Assembly: GCA_050997195.1 (NCBI GenBank)
Contig: JBPCRE010000182.1
Coordinates: 1 to 37,628, forward strand
Direction: 5' to 3'
Source of the DNA: Thermoleophilaceae bacterium
Lineage (GTDB): Bacteria; Actinomycetota; Thermoleophilia; Solirubrobacterales; Thermoleophilaceae
DNA length: 37,628 bases
Part shown: piece after piece, positions 30,277 to 37,628 of the stretch
Layout of the letters: the number at the start of each line of letters is the position of its first letter
Numbering within the stretch: the stretch's first letter is position 1
Made by a program: the position numbers and the translations under genes
The notes under the pieces: generated by a model
Databases searched by the model: none
Told to the model about the DNA's origin: nothing
The model's input: the letters and a program-made list of their open reading frames with translations, nothing else

Positions 30277-31220
30277 TGGGGCCCCTCGCCGCCTCCGCTA
30301 CCGTCGGTTCCATGCCCACGCTAATCATTCGTGAGTACACCGACCCCGGCTGCCCATGGGCGTTCTCGGCCGAGCCCTCCCGCTACCGGCTGCGCTGGCT
30401 GTTCGGAGAGGAGATCGCGTGGCACCGCACCATGGTCGGCCTCTCCGAGCGCCCGGAGGACGTGGCCGCTCGGGGCTTCACACCGGACCGTGAGGCCAAG
30501 GCTCTGGCCGCCATGCAGCGCCGCTTCGGGATGCCCATCGATCCGCTCGAGCGTCCGCGCAACGCCGCGACCATGCCGGCCTGCCGGGCCGTGGTGGCAG
30601 CTCGCCTGCACGCTCCGGAGCGGGAGGTTGCCCTCCTGCGCCGCCTACGAGTCAACGCGATGGCGGGCAACCTGCTCGACGCGCCGGAGACCCTCGCCCT
30701 CTCCGCCGGCGAGGCCGGGCTCGATCCCCTCGAGCTCGAACGCTGGGCCGGGGAGGCGGAGACCGCCGAGGCTCTCAGCGCCGACATGGCCGCCGCACGC
30801 GCGCCTTCTCCGGCGGCTCTCGCCCTCGACCACAAGCTGGCCGACGCGGCCGGCGGGCGCCGCTACACGTGCCCGAGCTACGAGATCGCCCGAGCCGACG
30901 GCCCGGCCCGCCTCGATCTCCCCGGCTTTCAGCCCGCGGACGCCTACGAGGCGGCCATCGCCAACCTCGCGCCCGAGCTCGTGCGCCGGGGAAGGCCCGA
31001 GAGCGTCGAGGAGGTGCTCGCCTGGGCCGGAGAGCCGCTGGCCACCGCCGAGGTGGCGGCCGTTCGCGAGACGACCATGATCGAGACGCGCGAGGCCCTG
31101 GCCCGAGTCGCCCGGGAGCGCCCGGTAGGCGCCGACGGGTACTGGACGCTCCCGGGTGCCGCCACCGACGAGGCCCTCGGGGTGGCGGAGCCCGCCCAGC
31201 TTCGCGCTCCGCTCGCCTGA
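30276..31220 (+). CDS. DsbA-like thioredoxin-fold protein with a single-Cys CPWA active-site motif
   Basis: Part of track ORF 29289..31220. ATG 30276 overlaps the upstream TGA by 1 nt; the alternative is ATG 30312 (MPTLIIREYTDPGCPWAFSAEP). Confidence 0.65.
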   Translation: MGPLAASATVGSMPTLIIREYTDPGCPWAFSAEPSRYRLRWLFGEEIAWHRTMVGLSERPEDVAARGFTPDREAKALAAMQRRFGMPIDPLERPRNAATMPACRAVVAARLHAPEREVALLRRLRVNAMAGNLLDAPETLALSAGEAGLDPLELERWAGEAETAEALSADMAAARAPSPAALALDHKLADAAGGRRYTCPSYEIARADGPARLDLPGFQPADAYEAAIANLAPELVRRGRPESVEEVLAWAGEPLATAEVAAVRETTMIETREALARVARERPVGADGYWTLPGAATDEALGVAEPAQLRAPLA

Positions 31221-31248
31221 CGGCGCCCCTGCCTAGACTGGCGCCCCC

Positions 31249-33426
31249 GTGCGGCGGATCACCTTCTCGCGCAACTACACGCTGTCGCTGTCGCGCACCT
31301 GTCGCTGCTTCTGCAAGTACTGCGCCTTCGCCACGCACCGGGCGCACCTCTACTCACCGGACGAGGTGGAGCGCATGCTCGAAGAGGCCGTGCGCCGGAA
31401 CGCCAAGGAGCTCCTCGTGCTCACCGGCGAGCATCCGGAGGTCAACGCCGAGGTCCGGGCGCGCCTCGAGGAGTACGGCCACGCCGACTTCACCTCCTAC
31501 GTGGCCTGGGCCTGCGAGCGCGCGCTCGAGCGCGGCATGCTCCCGCACACCAACATCGGTGTGCTCGAGCGCCGTGACCTGGCCCGCCTGCGCGAGGTCA
31601 CCGCGTCCCAGGGCCTGATGCTCGAGTCGATCTCCGAGCGGCTGATGGACACCGTGCACGCCGGCTCGCCCACCAAGCACCCGGCGAGGCGGCTCGCCAC
31701 CATCCGTGCCGCCGGGGAGCTGAAGATCCCCTTCACGAGCGGCATCCTCGTGGGCGTGGGGGAGACCCGCGAGGAGCGCTTCGCCTCCCTGGCGGCGCTC
31801 GCCGAGGTCCACGCCGAGCACAACCACCTCCAGGAGGTGATCCTCCAGAGCTACGTGCCCCACCGCAGCTACTACGGCGAGGAGCCGGCGGAGATCGCCG
31901 ACGCGGCCCAGCGCGGCGGGGGTGCGGGCGAGGCGGCCGACGCGCCGGCCTGGGCCACCCCGGTCTCGCTCGAGGACATGGCCGAGCTCGTGCGCGAGTG
32001 CCGCCGGCTCATGCCCGACGTGGGCGTGCAGATCCCGCCCAATCTCTCGGACTGGTGGCTTCCCCTCGTCGAGGAGGGCGCCACCGACCTCGGAGGGCTC
32101 TCGGCCAACGGCGACCACATCTCGCCCGAGCACCCCTTCCCCTCGCCCCACCGCATGCGGGGGGCGCTCGCGCCGCGGGGCTACGCGCTCACCGAGCGCC
32201 TCTGCGTCTACCCCCAGTTCATGGACGCCGAGTGGCTCGAGCCGGGCGTGCTCGACGTGATCAAGGCGCGCTTCTGGTCCTTCATCCCGCGGCGGGGGTC
32301 GGGTCGCCGGGAGGACCGCGCGATCCGCCGCGAGCTCGTACCCGGGGCGGTGGCCCGTGCTCGCGAGGGCGTCGAGCTCTCCGAGGACGAGCTCACAGCG
32401 CTGTTCGCGGAGCGCCGCCCCGAGGCCATCGAGGACATGCGCCAGGCCGCCGACGAGCTGCGCGAGGAGCTCGCCGGAGACACCGTGACCTTCGTGGTCA
32501 ACCGCAACATCAACGTGTCGAACGTGTGCGTGGTGGGCTGCGCGTTCTGCGGCTTCGGGCAGGGAAAGCGCTCTCCCGACGCCTACGAGCACGACCGCGA
32601 GGAGTTCGTGCGCCGCGTCGAAGAGGCGGTGGAGGTCGGGGCCACGGAGATCTGCATCCAGTCGGGCATCCACCCGGACTGGGCGCTCGAGGACTACGAG
32701 GGCTGGCTGCGCCTGGCCCTGGAGACCGCTCCGGACATCCACCTGCACGCCTACTCGGCCATGGAGGTCGACCGCATGTGCGAGGTCTCGGGGCTCTCAC
32801 CCGAGCGGGTCTTCGCCCGGCTGCGCGACGCCGGGCTGGGCTCCACCCCGGGCACGGCCGCCGAGGTGCTCCACGACGGCGTGCGCCAGCGCATCTCGCC
32901 CAACAAGCTGCCCGTGCGCCGATGGGTCGAGATCATCGAGGCCTCTCACCGCGCCGGGCTCCGCTCCACGGCCACCGTGATGTTCGGCCACGTGGAGGAG
33001 CCCTGGGAGCTCGCCGAGCACATGCGCGTGGTGCGGGCGCTGCAGGAGCGCACGGGTGGCATCACCGAGTTCGTTCCGCTGTCGTTCGTGCCCTTCCACA
33101 CCATGCTCGGGCGCACCCACGGCATCGAGGAGATCTCCCGCGAGGAGAACCTCAAGCACACCGCCACGTTCCGGCTCGCGCTCGGCCGGACGGTTCTCAG
33201 CCTGCAGGCGAGCTGGGTGAAGATAGGCCTCGACGCCGCCACCGAGGCGCTCCGCTGGGGCGTGAACGACCTGGGGGGGACGCTCATGGAGGAGTCGATC
33301 TCCCGCATGGCGGGCGCCTCCCACGGCACGATGCTCACCCCGGAGGACCTGATCGGCGCCGCCGAGGCCGCGGGCCGACCGGCGGCGCAACGCGACACGC
33401 TGTACCGGGTGCTCCAGACGTACTGA
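31249..33426 (+). CDS. fbiC: FO synthase (7,8-didemethyl-8-hydroxy-5-deazariboflavin synthase), fused CofG/CofH
   Basis: Track ORF 31249..33426. It has two radical-SAM CxxxCxxC motifs (CRCFCKYC and CVVGCAFC) and the length and order of the fused enzyme. Confidence 0.95.
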   Translation: MRRITFSRNYTLSLSRTCRCFCKYCAFATHRAHLYSPDEVERMLEEAVRRNAKELLVLTGEHPEVNAEVRARLEEYGHADFTSYVAWACERALERGMLPHTNIGVLERRDLARLREVTASQGLMLESISERLMDTVHAGSPTKHPARRLATIRAAGELKIPFTSGILVGVGETREERFASLAALAEVHAEHNHLQEVILQSYVPHRSYYGEEPAEIADAAQRGGGAGEAADAPAWATPVSLEDMAELVRECRRLMPDVGVQIPPNLSDWWLPLVEEGATDLGGLSANGDHISPEHPFPSPHRMRGALAPRGYALTERLCVYPQFMDAEWLEPGVLDVIKARFWSFIPRRGSGRREDRAIRRELVPGAVARAREGVELSEDELTALFAERRPEAIEDMRQAADELREELAGDTVTFVVNRNINVSNVCVVGCAFCGFGQGKRSPDAYEHDREEFVRRVEEAVEVGATEICIQSGIHPDWALEDYEGWLRLALETAPDIHLHAYSAMEVDRMCEVSGLSPERVFARLRDAGLGSTPGTAAEVLHDGVRQRISPNKLPVRRWVEIIEASHRAGLRSTATVMFGHVEEPWELAEHMRVVRALQERTGGITEFVPLSFVPFHTMLGRTHGIEEISREENLKHTATFRLALGRTVLSLQASWVKIGLDAATEALRWGVNDLGGTLMEESISRMAGASHGTMLTPEDLIGAAEAAGRPAAQRDTLYRVLQTY

Positions 33427-33459
33427 GGTACCGGGGCCGCACGCCTTCAGCACCTCAGC

Positions 33460-34209
33460 TCAGAGAAACAGGTCCTCCTCCGGTGCTCGCCGGAGCGCGT
33501 CCGCGCCCCGCCCGTCCTCGACGCTCACGTAGCGACCGAGGCCGCGCACGAGCACGGCGGGCTCGGCGGAGTCCTTGGCCCGGGCGAGGTCGGCGGCGGC
33601 CGCGGCGGCGTCGGCCACCGCGATCACCGTGGCCCCGAGCGCTCGGCCCCGAGCGTCCGCGCGCCCGCGCCAGTCGTCCAAGGGGGTGAGTCCGGCCACG
33701 CCGATGGCCACGTCGACCTGGCCGAGTCGCCAGACCCGCCCGAACGAGTCGGTGAGGAGCACCGCGGGGCGCACGCCGCGCAGGGCGGCGATGCTCCGGC
33801 GCAGGGCGCGGGCCGAGGCGTCGGGATCCTCGGGGAGGAGGATCACCTGCTCGGGCCGAGCCGCGTTCGAGGCGTCGACGCCCGCGTTGGCGCACACCAT
33901 GCCGTGGTGGGTGCGCGACACGATCACCCCCCGCTCGGCGCGCAGCACCTCGGCCGACTCGTCGAGCACGACCTGCACCATGCGGGGATCCTTGCCGTGG
34001 GGCTCGGCGAGCTCCCTCGCCCGGGCCGTGGGCTTCACGGCCGCGAGCGCGCGCACGCGGCCCTCGCTCTTCGACACCACCTTGTGGGCCACGACGAGGA
34101 GGTCTCCGTCGCCGAGGTCGCGCGGCGCGGCGTGGGCGAGGAGCGCCCCGAGATCGTCGCACTCGCTCACCTCCGGCAGGCCCTCGAGCGCGAGAACCTC
34201 GATGCGCAG
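33460..34209 (-). CDS. cofE: F420-0:gamma-glutamyl ligase, single-domain CofE type; start codon non-canonical or unresolved
   Basis: Track ORF 33460..34170 (GTG) extended upstream. The frame stays open and encodes LRIEVLALEGLPEV, the conserved CofE N-terminal strand. The only candidate starts are CTG 34209 and ATC 34203. Motifs: VVAHKVVSKSEGR, VCANAGVDASN, LLTDSFGR. Confidence 0.82.
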   Translation of the reverse strand: MRIEVLALEGLPEVSECDDLGALLAHAAPRDLGDGDLLVVAHKVVSKSEGRVRALAAVKPTARARELAEPHGKDPRMVQVVLDESAEVLRAERGVIVSRTHHGMVCANAGVDASNAARPEQVILLPEDPDASARALRRSIAALRGVRPAVLLTDSFGRVWRLGQVDVAIGVAGLTPLDDWRGRADARGRALGATVIAVADAAAAAADLARAKDSAEPAVLVRGLGRYVSVEDGRGADALRRAPEEDLFL

Positions 34210-34259
34210 GGCCTCGTTCCCCCGCGCGGAGGGGAGCGGTGCGGCCTCCTCGCGCGAGC

Positions 34260-34970
34260 TCAGGCCCCGACGGCGTCGCCGCCCGGCGTCGACGAGCCGG
34301 AGGCGGCCGGGAACGCGCGGTCGAGCTGGAAGAGCGCGCCTCGCGTCATCGGCGCGAGGCGCCGCCTCGATTCGAGCACGCCGCGCAGCTCGGCGAGGTC
34401 GTCGGGGGTGTCCACGTCACGCAGCAGCGACTCCACGCGCTCGATCCGGTGGGGGAGGCCCGCCGCCTCCGCCGCCGAGGCGTGCCGCTCGAGGGAGTCC
34501 GGCCCGAAGCTCGGGGCGAGTGCGTCGGGTGGGGTGATCACCAGCGCGTTGGTGCCCGTGTCGTGGCGATCGGGCACGATGAGCGCTCCCCGACCGTGGG
34601 CCGCGGCCGCGTCGAGCAGCGCGTCGACCTCGGTGGGATCGAGCAACGGCGTGTCGCCCGGCACGAGCAGCACGCGGTCGAAGCCCTCCTCGAGCGCGTA
34701 GGCGATGCCGAGGCTCACCGCCGCCGACTGCCCCGCCTGGTCGTGGTCCTCGAGCAACAGCACGCGCTCGGCGCGGACCCGCGCCTGGGCGAGGGGATCG
34801 AGGGTGACCACGGCGGTGGCGTGTACGCGCTCGGCGTGGCGCAGGGAGACCAGCACGTCCGAGAACATCGCCTGCACGAGGGCTTCGCGCGTCCCGCCGG
34901 GGAGGAGGTCGGTGAGCCGCTGCTTGGCGGCCGCAAAGCGCTTGACGGGCAGGATGGCGAGGGTGCGCAC
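34260..34970 (-). CDS. cofC: 2-phospho-L-lactate (or PEP/3PG-derived) guanylyltransferase CofC/FbiD
   Basis: Part of track ORF 34260..35135, from GTG 34970 (VRTLAILPVKRFAAAKQRL). Also LLVPGDTPLL and DRHDTGTNAL. Confidence 0.85.
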   Translation of the reverse strand: MRTLAILPVKRFAAAKQRLTDLLPGGTREALVQAMFSDVLVSLRHAERVHATAVVTLDPLAQARVRAERVLLLEDHDQAGQSAAVSLGIAYALEEGFDRVLLVPGDTPLLDPTEVDALLDAAAAHGRGALIVPDRHDTGTNALVITPPDALAPSFGPDSLERHASAAEAAGLPHRIERVESLLRDVDTPDDLAELRGVLESRRRLAPMTRGALFQLDRAFPAASGSSTPGGDAVGA

Positions 34971-35055
34971 GGGTTGCCGACTGTACCGACCGTCGTAGTG
35001 CCCGAGGCGGCTGCTCGGTCCGGCGCGGCTCCCGGAGCGGTCGTCTCCGTTCGCT

Positions 35056-35988
35056 CTACCGGCGCCCCGGCGCGGGACCCGCTCGATCGCGCAGCGACCG
35101 CGCGAAGGCCAGCGTCTCGCGCGCCACTCGAGCACGGGCCTCCGGCGAGTCCATCCGCGTGTCGGTCTCGAGCACCGGGAGTCCCTCCACGGGCTCGTCG
35201 CTCACGAGGCCATCCACGAGGCCTGCGTACGCCAGGGCGGCCCCGGCGGCGCCCGGGGGCAGGCCGGCCTGGGCGGCGAACGCCTCGGTGGGTCCCTTCA
35301 CCGCGCGCCCCTCGACGAACGGCGAGACGGCCACCACCGGCCCCGGTGAGGCTTCGATGGCCTCCCGCAGGCCAGGTACGCCGAGGATCGGACCGATGGA
35401 GATCACGGGGTTCGAGGGCCCGATGACGACGGCCTCGGCTCGGGCCAGGACCTCGAGGACCTCCGGCGTGGCGCGGGCGCCCTCGACGCCCCGGAGCTCG
35501 ACGCCCTCGACGGGCGCGTCCTCTCCGCCGAGGATCATGAACTCCTGGAAGGGACGCCAAGCGCCGGCGCTCAGCACGTGGGTGCGCACCGGCTCGTCGG
35601 CCATGGGAAGCACTCGCGCCCCCACCCCGAGGGCGCGCGCCACCTGCTCCTGCGCGCCGGTGAGGCGGGCTCCCGAGCGAAGATGCTCGGTGCGCACCAG
35701 GCACATCGCCAGGTCGCGGTCGCCGAGGCGAAACCACACCGGCCGTCCCCTCTCGGCCAGTGCGTCCATCACCTGCCAGGTGTCCCCGCGCCGGCCCCAG
35801 CCACGCTCGTCGATCTCGTCGGCCAGCCAGTAGGCAACGAGGTCGGGATCGGGTGAGACGTGCACGCCGTGCACCTCCACGTCGTCGGCGGTGTTGACGA
35901 TCACCGCGAGCTCGTCGGCTCCCACCTCGTCGAGCATGCCCCGCGCCAGCTTGGCCCCGCCGGTGCCGCCCGCGAGGACGGCTACCAC
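35056..35988 (-). CDS. cofD: 2-phospho-L-lactate transferase CofD/FbiA
   Basis: Track ORF 35056..35988. MVAVLAGGTGGAKLARG, NTADD, VIGPSNPVISIGPIL. Confidence 0.9.
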   Translation of the reverse strand: MVAVLAGGTGGAKLARGMLDEVGADELAVIVNTADDVEVHGVHVSPDPDLVAYWLADEIDERGWGRRGDTWQVMDALAERGRPVWFRLGDRDLAMCLVRTEHLRSGARLTGAQEQVARALGVGARVLPMADEPVRTHVLSAGAWRPFQEFMILGGEDAPVEGVELRGVEGARATPEVLEVLARAEAVVIGPSNPVISIGPILGVPGLREAIEASPGPVVAVSPFVEGRAVKGPTEAFAAQAGLPPGAAGAALAYAGLVDGLVSDEPVEGLPVLETDTRMDSPEARARVARETLAFARSLRDRAGPAPGRR

Positions 35989-36665
35989 AGGGAGTCCGGC
36001 AGTCCCGTGATCCGCAGGCCGGCGGCCGTCTTGTGGCGCATGTTCACGCCGATCAGCAGCGGGGTGAGGCCCTCGACCAGGCGCGAGGCCTCGAGCCGGC
36101 CGCAGTCCACCGGCCGGAGCCCGGGAATCGTCGCGATGAGCGCCGCCACCTCGGCCTTTGCGTCGCGCTCGTCACCGCACACGAGCACGTCCTCGCTGAG
36201 CGGGGCGTCGAGGTTGGCGAGGTGCTTGGCGCTCACCGTGTGGAAGGCGGAGACCACCCGCACCCCTTCGTCCGCCATCTCCGCGGCCTGCTCCGCCGCG
36301 GAGCCCTGAGGCACGCCGAGGAGCCGGGTGGCCTTGCCCGACACCGCGGCGGCCAGGGGAACGGTGGCGTCGATCAGGATCTGCCCGGGCTCGAGCACGC
36401 CCTTCAGGTTGGTGAGGGTCTCCGACTGGGCCCGGAAGGGCACGGAGAGCAGAACGATCGGAGCCCCCGAAGCCGCCTCGGCGTTGTCGAGGCCCTCGAC
36501 CTGCGCGGCCGGAACCCGCGCGCGGACCCTCTCCGCCGCCTCCTCGGCCGAGTCGCGGCTTCGCGACCCGATGCGTACGGCCGCGCCGGCCGCCGTTAGC
36601 CGCAGTGCCACCCCGAAGCCGAGCGCCCCGGTGGCGCCGAGGATGGACACGGCCGGGAACTCCAC
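35982..36665 (-). CDS. npdG: NADPH-dependent F420 reductase (Fno/NpdG type)
   Basis: Track ORF 35982..36665. VSILGATGALGFGVALRL, and the length of about 227 aa is typical. Its stop overlaps the cofD start by 7 nt (GTGGTAG). Confidence 0.82.
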   Translation of the reverse strand: MEFPAVSILGATGALGFGVALRLTAAGAAVRIGSRSRDSAEEAAERVRARVPAAQVEGLDNAEAASGAPIVLLSVPFRAQSETLTNLKGVLEPGQILIDATVPLAAAVSGKATRLLGVPQGSAAEQAAEMADEGVRVVSAFHTVSAKHLANLDAPLSEDVLVCGDERDAKAEVAALIATIPGLRPVDCGRLEASRLVEGLTPLLIGVNMRHKTAAGLRITGLPDSLW

Positions 36666-36736
36666 GCGCAGGCCACCCTACTCGGCACCCGGGGCGCTCG
36701 CCGGCCAAGAACAACGCCGGGTAGGCTGGCGCCTCG

Positions 36737-37486
36737 GTGAGGCTCGAAGGGAGAATCGCGCTCGTGACCGGCGGCGCGAGCGGCATCGGCGCGGCCACGA
36801 GCCGGCGCCTGGCCGCCGAGGGCGCCACGGTGGCCGTGACCGACTTGAACGTGGGCGCCGCGACCGAGCTGGCCGAGGAGATCGGCGCCGGGGCCTACGC
36901 GCTCGACGTGCGCGACGTCCGGTCGATCTCCGCCGCGCTCGCGCAGGTCGCGGAGGACCTCGGGCCGCTCGACGTGCTCATCAACAACGCCGGGCTCGAC
37001 GAGTTCGGCTTCTTCGTCCGCACCGATCCCGCCATGTGGGAGCGCGTGCTCGGCGTGAACCTCATCGGAACGATCGCCGTGACCCACGCCGTGCTCCCCG
37101 GGATGCAGGAGCGCGGCCGCGGCCGGATCGTGAACGTGGCCTCGGAGGCCGGACGCGTGGGCTCCCAGGGCTCGGCGATCTACTCGGCGGCCAAGGCCGG
37201 CGTGATCGGGCTGACCAAGGCGGTGGCGCGCGAGTCGGCCCGCTACGGGGTCACCTGCAACGCGGTGGCCCCCGGGCCCATCGAGACGCCGCTGCTCATG
37301 GGGGCGCCGGAGCAGATCGGGGAGCTCGGGCAGCGTTTGATCGACGGCATGGTGGGCGCCACGGCCATGCGCCGGATCGGCCAGCCCGAGGAGGTGGCCG
37401 CCTCGGTGGCCTTCCTCGCCTCCGACGACGCCTCTTTCGTCACCGGTCAGACGCTCGGGGTGAGCGGCGGCCTCGCGATGATCTAA
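36737..37486 (+). CDS. Short-chain dehydrogenase/reductase (FabG-like 3-oxoacyl reductase)
   Basis: Track ORF 36737..37486. TGGASGIGAA, NNAG, S...YSAAK catalytic motif, PGPIETP. Confidence 0.88.
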   Translation: MRLEGRIALVTGGASGIGAATSRRLAAEGATVAVTDLNVGAATELAEEIGAGAYALDVRDVRSISAALAQVAEDLGPLDVLINNAGLDEFGFFVRTDPAMWERVLGVNLIGTIAVTHAVLPGMQERGRGRIVNVASEAGRVGSQGSAIYSAAKAGVIGLTKAVARESARYGVTCNAVAPGPIETPLLMGAPEQIGELGQRLIDGMVGATAMRRIGQPEEVAASVAFLASDDASFVTGQTLGVSGGLAMI

Positions 37487-37628
37487 TGGTGGAACCCGAC
37501 TCAGAGCTGGTGCTGGTTCGCGAGGTCGGGCCGCGCGACGGCTTCCAGAACGAGCCCGAGATCGTCCCCACCGACGAGAAGGTCCGGCTCATCGAGATGC
37601 TGGCGCGCACCGGAGTTCCCCGCCTCGA
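37486..37628 (+). CDS. 5' end of a hydroxymethylglutaryl-CoA lyase-like (HMGL family) gene, running off the right edge
   Basis: My own translation from ATG 37486 (TAATG overlap with the SDR stop): MVEPDSELVLVREVGPRDGFQNEPEIVPTDEKVRLIEMLARTGVPRL. EVGPRDGxQNE is the HMGL N-terminal signature. Confidence 0.7.
   Translation, partial: MVEPDSELVLVREVGPRDGFQNEPEIVPTDEKVRLIEMLARTGVPRL

Noticed and set aside
27641-33689. Antisense or out-of-frame ORFs at 27641..29404 (587 aa), 31354..32748 (464 aa) and 31998..33689 (563 aa), opposite the LarA-like gene and fbiC
   Set aside because: These are shadow ORFs. The annotated frames carry the LarA-type and double radical-SAM signatures.
1-37628. Search for mobile elements, prophage or defence genes, and toxin-antitoxin pairs
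   Set aside because: I saw no transposase, integrase, recombinase, restriction, Cas, abortive-infection or typical TA protein signatures in any frame. The window looks like core chromosome.

Overview
This is a very GC-rich chromosomal segment with a strong third-codon-position GC bias, so nearly every real gene carries long antisense or out-of-frame shadow ORFs. The protein content looks like a high-GC Gram-positive organism (Actinomycetota; Thermoleophilia or Rubrobacteria-like is my guess and cannot be verified here). I support about 40 protein-coding genes. I recognised no rRNA, tRNA, CRISPR array, transposase, integrase or phage genes.

Gene order, left to right:
- 147-981: two small hypothetical genes.
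- 1158-5867: a beta-oxidation operon (acyl-CoA dehydrogenase, PadR regulator, 3-hydroxyacyl-CoA dehydrogenase, a 3HCDH_C + enoyl-CoA hydratase protein, Sir2 deacylase).
- 6271-9668: a secreted three-domain cell-wall hydrolase with a downstream hypothetical gene.
- 9961-12122: two phasin-like coiled-coil genes flanking a nucleoside phosphorylase.
- 12127-15762: an epimerase plus acyltransferase pair, a cupredoxin-like lipoprotein and a second paralogous acyltransferase.
- 15864-20764: a secreted HExxH metalloprotease, ygfZ, two small hypothetical genes and an orphan NMT1/SsuA-type binding lipoprotein.
- 20823-23672: larB-larC-larE, the nickel-pincer nucleotide (NPN) cofactor maturation genes.
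- 23626-31220: a TetR gene divergent from a tightly coupled five-gene operon (acyl-CoA-reductase/HAD-IB fusion, Zn alcohol dehydrogenase, divergent LarA homologue, PlsC acyltransferase, DsbA-like protein).
- 31249-36665: F420 genes (fbiC, then cofE-cofC-cofD-fno on the minus strand).
- 36737-37628: an SDR and the start of an HMG-CoA lyase.

The best candidate for something new is the LarA-like, NPN-dependent enzyme embedded in a lipid-type operon next to larBCE. The same ACTGA-N4-TCAGT palindrome sits in front of that operon and in front of the beta-oxidation operon.

Secondary oddities:
- Two minus-strand genes have no canonical in-frame start codon.
- CofE is single-domain.
- The hydrolase carries a split, degenerate M23 domain.
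- One convergent intergenic spacer holds nested inverted repeats.
- The protease gene contains G7 and G8 tracts.
- Many gene junctions are GTGA start/stop overlaps.
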